Source: an uncultured virus (IMG/VR IMGVR_UViG_3300037247_000525)
Taxonomy: Duplodnaviria; Heunggongvirae; Uroviricota; Caudoviricetes
Strand: one strand, 5' to 3'
IMG/VR virus record: IMGVR_UViG_3300037247_000525
DNA length: 64,000 nucleotides
In this document: positions 57,772-64,000 of the stretch, one piece after another
Numbering within the stretch: position 1 is the stretch's first letter
How the letters are laid out: every line of letters begins with the position of its first letter
Made by a program: the position numbers and the translations under genes
Notes under the pieces: generated by a model
Database searches by the model: none
The model's input: only the letters and a program-made list of their open reading frames with translations
What the model was told of the DNA's origin: nothing

Positions 57772-59251
57772 TGAACCCTTCGCCCCCGTCTGGCTTTGCA
57801 GCGGTGGCCGTTGCCTCCATGGTCGCCATCGCCTGCGCCTGCGCGTCTTCGCTCGACAGCAGCAGGTCGGTGTCGATCGCGGAGAGCGGCTGCAAGCGGC
57901 TCAGGCCGAGCAGGTCCAGGATCTCCTGCACCGCTTCGTCCTGCCGGTCCACCTGCACGCCGGCGGTGGCCAAGTCGCGGATCACTGCCGACAGCTCGTC
58001 GGCGTTGCGGAACGCCTGGGCCTCGGTCTTCAGCGTCGGCTTCAGCTTCTCGTCCCACCCGTTTAGCTCGAACAGCGGCCCGAACAGGTCCCGCTCCAGT
58101 GCTTCACGGATTTCGGTCAGCGCGCTGTCGACCATGAGCCCGAAGGACTGCGTCTTGTCGTTTGACAGGCTGCGGCTACCGGCGGAGTTCTCGCCCAGCA
58201 TCAGGTGCTCGACGCCGAACACCCGGGCGATCTCGCGTTGGATGCGGACGATCGCGGCCATCACGGCTTCCAGGCTGTAGGTGCCGCCGTCCAGCAGGGA
58301 CAGGTCCCACTGCGGAATCGCCACCGGCGTGCGTTGGTCGCCCGTGCCCTTGTACGGCGTGCTGTCCAGCATGATCCCCAGGTCGGGGTTCTTCACGTGG
58401 TTCTTCACGAACGAGTCCAGCCCGGTCACCAGCGCGTCGGCCTGCGCCTTCGAGATCACCTTGTTCTTCACGGCCTTGTCCAGCTCGGCGAGCGGGGCCC
58501 GCGCCACCGGGATGCCGCGCAGGTCGCCGGCGTAGCCCCACAGCTCCAGCTCTTGCAGGCGCATCAGGCGCCGGACCGAGTCGACCACGTGCCGCAGCAG
58601 GCCGAACCCCTCCGGGCTGTCGTTGATCGCGTCGTCGACCACGTACACCAGCTTCGCGCGCGGGATCGCCGTGTCCTTGCCGGTCTGCGGGCTGGTCTGC
58701 ACGGCGCCGAGCACGGCGCCGTTGTTCTCCAACATCCACCGATCAATCGTCATCTGGGCCAGGGAGACCACGTCCTTGAACCCGATCGAGCCATCTTCCT
58801 CGCGCCGTGCGACCCACTCCCCGAGCGCGAACCCGTAGAAGCGGTGCCCGGCCAGCCGGCGCACGATCCGATGCAGTGGCTGGTCCATGCCGTTTAGGAC
58901 GGCATCCACCTTCACGGCCATCTCCTCGCCTTCCTCGCCGCTGTCCTTCGCCGGGATGACGGTCCACGCCGCGTTCGTGACCATGTTCAGGAACACCCGC
59001 ACGGCCGCGCCGATGATCGCCACGTTCGCGATGGCCTCGGAATACGTCTTGTACCTGTTCCGGCCGAGCAGGGACGAATCGGTCTCGCGCCGCTCAATGT
59101 AGCCGCCGTAGACCGCGGTGCCGCCGACGCCTAGTTCGGCCTCGGGATCAGGATCGGTCACCTTGACGTCGATGGGGAGTCGGCCCTCGTCGTCGAGCTT
59201 GGTGAACTTGCCGCCCTGTCGGAGCTGGCCCTTGCTGTGGTGCTCGGTCAT
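57764..59251 (-). CDS. portal protein (DUF935-like)
   Basis: YGFALGE, SPEGFGLLR, GIPVAR, GSRSLS; start moved to MTEHH after TATGCT box. Confidence 0.85.
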   Translation of the reverse strand: MTEHHSKGQLRQGGKFTKLDDEGRLPIDVKVTDPDPEAELGVGGTAVYGGYIERRETDSSLLGRNRYKTYSEAIANVAIIGAAVRVFLNMVTNAAWTVIPAKDSGEEGEEMAVKVDAVLNGMDQPLHRIVRRLAGHRFYGFALGEWVARREEDGSIGFKDVVSLAQMTIDRWMLENNGAVLGAVQTSPQTGKDTAIPRAKLVYVVDDAINDSPEGFGLLRHVVDSVRRLMRLQELELWGYAGDLRGIPVARAPLAELDKAVKNKVISKAQADALVTGLDSFVKNHVKNPDLGIMLDSTPYKGTGDQRTPVAIPQWDLSLLDGGTYSLEAVMAAIVRIQREIARVFGVEHLMLGENSAGSRSLSNDKTQSFGLMVDSALTEIREALERDLFGPLFELNGWDEKLKPTLKTEAQAFRNADELSAVIRDLATAGVQVDRQDEAVQEILDLLGLSRLQPLSAIDTDLLLSSEDAQAQAMATMEATATAAKPDGGEGFNG

Positions 59252-59289
59252 GCCAGAGCATAGGCCATCCACCACGACAAAACAACCGG

Positions 59290-59372
59290 GTCACGGTTTC
59301 GACGGTGGATCAACCGCGAGTCACGGTTTCTGACGGTGAGTCACGGTCCTCGCAACGGTGACCGTTACGGTG
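59290..59372. repeat. cluster of short direct repeats GTCACGGT/ACGGT
   Basis: gtcacggtttcgacggtg, gtcacggtttctgacggtg, gtcacggt, aacggtg, tacggtg. Confidence 0.7.
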
Positions 59373-59389
59373 CGGGACGTTTACACGCC

Positions 59390-61340
59390 CTACTCTTCGA
59401 ATTTCATGAAGCAGGAGCACCCTTCCAGCGTGCTACAGAAGTCGACCACTTCCGCGTGGGAATGGTTGATCTTGCGCTCCGGGCCGTTCCACGTGCCGAA
59501 GTAGCAGCGGTGGAACAGCCGGGCCTCTTCCTTGGCGCGCTCTTCGGTCGCGGCCACGATCGCCCGGACGGTGAAGCCGTAGGAGCGATCCGAGATCCTG
59601 ATCAGGTAGACGTTCATGGTTTCAGTACCTCCAGGGCATCGGGGATGGGGCAGTCGGCCTTGTGCGGGTGGATGTCAATCCATGCCCGGCACATCTTGCA
59701 GAGCACCATCTGACGGCCCGGCTCTTCGGGGCACGTACCTAGGTGCATCTCGTGGGCGGTGACCACGGCGATCAGGGGCCGGAGCACGTCTTCGATGTCT
59801 TCGCGGATCCACGCCGGGGCACCCTGCACAGGAATGTGGCCGGGCTCGGGGATGATCTCGCAGGCGATGTCTTCGGCGGACTTCATTTGGCATCCTTGAA
59901 GGCGCGGCGGATCAGGTGGTTGAGCACCATTCCTTGCACGCCCAGGACCGGCCATTCGGTGGGTACGAAGAGGGGGACGTACTCCTCGCCGTCGCAAAAG
60001 ATGGCCCGCTTGTAGCGTAGGATCTTGAGTTCCACCGGATCCGCTGATGCTGGATCTATGATCTCCAGGATCGGGCGGTTGTGGTCGATCAATTCCCCGT
60101 CGCGGGGGCCGGTGAGGATCAGGGCCTTCATCGCGATGACTCCACGCCGATGATGAACCCAAACATGAGGCCAGCGAACAGGCCAGCGACGGCACCCATG
60201 CGGAAGAACCACCAGTCGTCTTTTGCTCTTTGGGCGTCCATCACTCTTTCCTCTTCCGCATGCTGTGCCCCTTGGGCGTGCGCTTGCTGGCCAGGATGGT
60301 CTGGCCCTCGATGGTCAGCTCGCCGCGGACGAAGCCGCGGAAGCGGCGCTGCGACGTGCGGGCGTTGCGGGCGTCGATCGAGATGGACTTGCCTTCGTGG
60401 TCGAACTTGTAGGTGTTCATTTGGCCTCCGTGAAGCCGTACCACCGTTGCAGGGCCGGGGGCACGAACACGTGCTTCGCGCCATCGGGCAGGCTGTCCAT
60501 GCTGAACTCTAGGATGTCAGGCGAAGGCTTGTCCGCGCGGAAGAACGCCTGGACGTGGAAGTAGGCGTCAGGCTTGCAGATGTAAGTGCCGCCGAGGAAG
60601 CCGGACATCTTGTTGAGGTTGCGCAGTGCATCCTTGGCTTCTTCTTCGGTGTAGAAAGGCTCGATGATTTGTAGGGTCCACATGGGGTTCACTTCGCGCA
60701 GTGGAGCGCGTACTTGATCCGGCTCAACAGGTTGCGGACTTCACTCTTGCGCGTGGTGGGAGAGTACGTCGTCACCGCGTCCGGGATGCCGACGTCCGTC
60801 AGGCAGATGTCGCGGAACACCTCCGCCTCTCGCTTGGTCAGATCCATGCTCATGGTGGACGTCGCCTCGATGACCTGGGCGGCAGCGAAGGTGGTCAGGA
60901 TGTCGATGGCCTCTTGGATTCGTTCGGTGTTCATGGGGTTTTCGTGGTTGCGCTGAAGAGCTTGTTCAGCAGGAACTTGACCTTTGTCTTGGTCGTGCGA
61001 AGATAGGACTCCAGGATCACGTTCGGGATGGTGACGTCCAGCCGGGCTACCTCGTGCAGCAGATCGAACTCTTCCCTGGTCAGCTCCAGGTTTAGGGTGA
61101 TCGGCGCGTCGGCGGCCTTAGACTCGGCGACGGCAGCGGTCAGGAGACTGATGGCTTTTTCGATGTTGTTCATGGCTGTTTCTTCTCGATGTCGAACGGG
61201 TTCTCGATGTTCTTCTTCTCCAGGCGATGGATCAGCTTCTTGATCAACTGTCTGGTCTGTGGGCCGATGGCAAGCTTGTTCGCATCCATCAGCTCCCGCA
61301 GCCCATCCACCAGTCGGTTGTCCTTCTGTTCCGTAACCAT
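59390..61340 (-). CDS. cluster of about 9 small hypothetical genes inserted between terminase and portal
   Basis: overlapping short ORFs (59390-59617, 59614-59886, 59883-60131, 60241-60420, 60417-60692, 60689-60934, 60931-61173, 61170-61340). Confidence 0.6.
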
Positions 61341-61735
61341 GATTTGTGAGCAGGATTCTGGTCAGTATGCCGGGCCAGCGGGCACGTCAGCAACACTACA
61401 AGTGATGGTGCCCCACCTCCCGGCGCGGGTGGAAGTATACCGCTGGGCGCCGGGGATGCGGTGTGTTTCTGAGAAAGAGTGCCCCCGGCGGGCAAGCTCG
61501 CCGGGTGCGATTGGATGCCGTTGGTCGCCGGGGCGAAGTGATCACCATCCAACGCCGCAGATTGCGCTGCGCTGGTAGCTCCCGCTTGTCGGCCAGTGGC
61601 TTGCAACATGCGGAAGCATACCCCGCCGGGTGCCGAATGGTCGGGGTTTGTTTCTGGATCGGCAATGAACGGGGGTAGTTTGACACCATGGGCGCGTTGT
61701 CACCGACGTGTCGAGTACCTACTGATTTCTGGGGA

Positions 61736-63304
61736 TTAGTCGTCGTCGGGGTAGATCAGGCGGGGGCCGAACAGGGAGACCGGGTCCTCCAGGTTCTTCA
61801 GGTGGTGGTGGTACGCCCGAGACAGCGCGTCCGTGATGTCCTTGAACTGGCTGCCCGGGAACAGGCCCAGCTCGGCTATCACCATGTCGTTGAAGGGCCC
61901 GCGGACCATGCACACGTTGCCGGCATTCACCTGGGCTGCAAACGGCTCGGCACGCTGCTCCTTGGCACCGGACTCCGGGCTGAAGTAGCAGTCGTACCCG
62001 TGCAGGTCCTTCGCGAACTGGGCCACCTGCGCCTTGCCGGCTTGGCCGGGGTCCTGCGGGATGTCCTGCGGGCACTCGAAGCCATCTTGCTCGGCGACTT
62101 GCTTGACGTGTGACCGCACCTCGTCTGGGTCGCCGCGCAGCCGCGTCGCGTCCGTGATGCACAGCCGGCCGTCGTGGCTCAGGACCAGCTTCGCGCCGAC
62201 GGTGTACGGGCTCGTCTTGTCCTTCGACGCCGCGAGGTCCCACCCGCGGACCGCCTTGCCCGGGATTGGCTCATCCACGAACGTGATCTTCTCGACCTTG
62301 AACATGCCGCCCTCGCGGGGCACGGGGCGCTGCTGTTGCTGGCACGCCACCGCGTAGTCGCCGCCCTCCACCATCAGCTGCACCTTCAGGTCGTCGACCG
62401 ATTCTTTCGGGAATCGCTCGGGGAACAGCAGTTCCCCCTCTTCTTCGCGGGGATCCTGGAGGTACAGCAGCGGGGCCTTGGGGTCGTGCACGTAGAACGG
62501 ACACGCCTCACCGTCGGGCATCATCCTGCGCATCCGCGCGCGGGTGTACGGGGAGGGGACGCTGGTCCAGCTGCGGTACTTCAGCTCGGCCTCCATGGGC
62601 AGCACCAGCGTGGTCCACCCCTGCTCCTCCATCAGGCTGGTCATGATCAGCCCCGAGATGTCGGCGGAGTGCAGCCGCTGCATGATGACCACGAACACCG
62701 GGTTGGTGGGGTCGGTGAACCGCGTGGGGGCCGTCTCCGTGAACCAGAACCGCGCGCCGCCCCGCTCCACGTCGGACTCCGCCAGCTTGACGCTGTGGGG
62801 GTCGTCGATCACGAACCGTTGGCCACGCCAGCCCGTTAGGCCAGCTCCGGTGCTGGATGCGTAGCGGAAGCCCCGCTGCGTGTTGGAGTACTTCTCCTTG
62901 CCGCGGTCGTCGTCCTTCCACTCGATGGGCCAGCGCTCCCTGTACCACGGGTCAGAGACCACGTCCCGCATGTGCATCATGTCGCGGGTCGACAGCTTCT
63001 TGTCGTAGCTCGCGGTGATGTACTGGAGGTTGGGCATGCCGCGGGGGCCCCACTCCCACGCCGGCCAGAATACCGACGTCAGCATGGACTTGGCGGTGCC
63101 GGGCGGCACGTTGATCAACAGTCGGGTGATCTCGCCCTCGGTGATGGCTTGCAGGTGCTCACACATCACCTCCATGCACCACCCGGTCACGAGCGGGGTC
63201 GATGGGTGCAGGATGTGCCACGCCTGCTTGACGAACTCGAACAGCGACAATTCGCACTTGGCGCGCATTGGGTCAGCGCGCATCTTTTCCATGAAGTCGG
63301 TCAT
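61736..63304 (-). CDS. terL: terminase large subunit
   Basis: NVPPGTAKS, IDDPH, IMQRLH, WDLAAS, QDPGQAGK, DITDA. Confidence 0.93.
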   Translation of the reverse strand: MTDFMEKMRADPMRAKCELSLFEFVKQAWHILHPSTPLVTGWCMEVMCEHLQAITEGEITRLLINVPPGTAKSMLTSVFWPAWEWGPRGMPNLQYITASYDKKLSTRDMMHMRDVVSDPWYRERWPIEWKDDDRGKEKYSNTQRGFRYASSTGAGLTGWRGQRFVIDDPHSVKLAESDVERGGARFWFTETAPTRFTDPTNPVFVVIMQRLHSADISGLIMTSLMEEQGWTTLVLPMEAELKYRSWTSVPSPYTRARMRRMMPDGEACPFYVHDPKAPLLYLQDPREEEGELLFPERFPKESVDDLKVQLMVEGGDYAVACQQQQRPVPREGGMFKVEKITFVDEPIPGKAVRGWDLAASKDKTSPYTVGAKLVLSHDGRLCITDATRLRGDPDEVRSHVKQVAEQDGFECPQDIPQDPGQAGKAQVAQFAKDLHGYDCYFSPESGAKEQRAEPFAAQVNAGNVCMVRGPFNDMVIAELGLFPGSQFKDITDALSRAYHHHLKNLEDPVSLFGPRLIYPDDD

Positions 63305-63522
63305 CGGGTCATCTCATCTGCCAGCACGTCCTGGCGTCGGGGTTGGTTCGTCACCTTCTCCCAGTGGCAACAAAGGCACTGGGACTTGCCGCAGTCGAAG
63401 TGCGACAGGCTGCGGCCCTTGCCGTAGGTGCCGTCGAAGTCGCCGATCACGGCGGTCCACTGGGCGCGGCGCGCCTGGGCCTTCTTCTCGGTGCGGTGCC
63501 GTCGTTCTGCTCGCTTGCTCAT
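63301..63522 (-). CDS. small basic Cys-containing protein
   Basis: MSKRAERRHR...CGKSQCLCC. Confidence 0.55.
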   Translation of the reverse strand: MSKRAERRHRTEKKAQARRAQWTAVIGDFDGTYGKGRSLSHFDCGKSQCLCCHWEKVTNQPRRQDVLADEMTR

Positions 63523-63604
63523 GGGCGGTTGTTTACACGCTCTATTTTGGTTTTGGATTTTGGGACGTTTACACGTTCTGGCGGGTTTTGGTGGGGTGGG
63601 TGGG

Positions 63605-63868
63605 ACATGGGGGCGGAGGCGAACGTTGTCAGAGGGGGGCCCCAATCCTTTCTGAACCTCCCATGCCATGGGGAGTTCAGCACCACAGTCTCACAATGAT
63701 ACATGCTCACCATGCCATGGCTCCTACGCACACACGTCCCATTGTGGTACGTCCCATCATGGGACATCCCATGATGAGAAGGCCCCATGGCATAGCACCC
63801 ACAGCACCACAGGGCGTCCCACTACAGGACCCCTTGCCATGGGCTTCTCTGAAAGGCCCTTGCCATGG
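63605..63868. repeat. CCATG-rich low-complexity non-coding region
   Basis: many CCATG/CCATGG/CCCAT copies between putative terS and terL. Confidence 0.7.
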
Positions 63869-64000
63869 CTAGTTCCTGGAGGGGTCATCGGGGATGGTCT
63901 TGAGGAACGCCCTGCCCGCACGTCGCTGCTCCGGGGTCATCTTCTCCACCTCGATCCGCTTGTCCTGGATCTCCACGGTGGCCGTGCTGTCCACCTGCAC
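63869..64000 (-). CDS. 3' end of probable terminase small subunit (partial)
   Basis: open frame ...VEIQDKRIEVEKMTPEQRRAGRAFLKTIPDDPSRN*; position upstream of terL. Confidence 0.5.
   Translation of the reverse strand: MQVDSTATVEIQDKRIEVEKMTPEQRRAGRAFLKTIPDDPSRN

Noticed and set aside
59287..59310. GGGTCACGGTTTCGACGG resembles a tmRNA 5' end (+ strand)
   Set aside because: No cognate T-arm/CCA partner; it is one unit of the local direct repeat.
59290..63868. Possible CRISPR array in the repeat clusters
   Set aside because: Repeats are 5-19 nt, irregularly spaced, without unique spacers of constant length; no cas genes.

Overview
About 64 kb of a high-GC tailed dsDNA bacteriophage (siphovirus-type), with essentially all credible genes on the minus strand. 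Reading in the direction of transcription (right to left): the probable 3' end of the small terminase, the large terminase, an inserted cluster of small genes, portal, head and capsid genes, and a long-tail module. The tail module has a tube, a chaperone pair with a -1 frameshift, a tape measure protein, a DUF2163-type hub and a tip protein, resembling the YuA/M6 or GTA-type layout. Next comes a replication and nucleotide module: SNF2 and RecD/Dda helicases, PolA, primase-helicase, dCMP and dCTP deaminases, a DUF5664 diphosphohydrolase, an HD hydrolase, a radical SAM enzyme, a UDG-like protein, a methyltransferase and a sigma-70 factor. The left end is an accessory region, including a second radical SAM enzyme. 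The most striking observation is a 115-nt one-piece 'mini-tmRNA' (1974-2088, minus). It has the complete tRNA-like domain (G3.U70 Ala identity, tmRNA-type 5' segment, T-arm, ACCA) but almost none of the pseudoknot/mRNA domain. It is flanked by two strong hairpins and lies near an atypical tRNA-His lacking G-1/C73. Also notable: a recurrent CGTGTAAACG motif, -10 boxes placed for leaderless mRNAs, two candidate sRNAs, mirror-duplicated head accessory genes and a shared C-terminal zinc-finger module. No integrase, recognisable endolysin or CRISPR array was seen. All product calls come from motif recognition by eye; no database searches were run.
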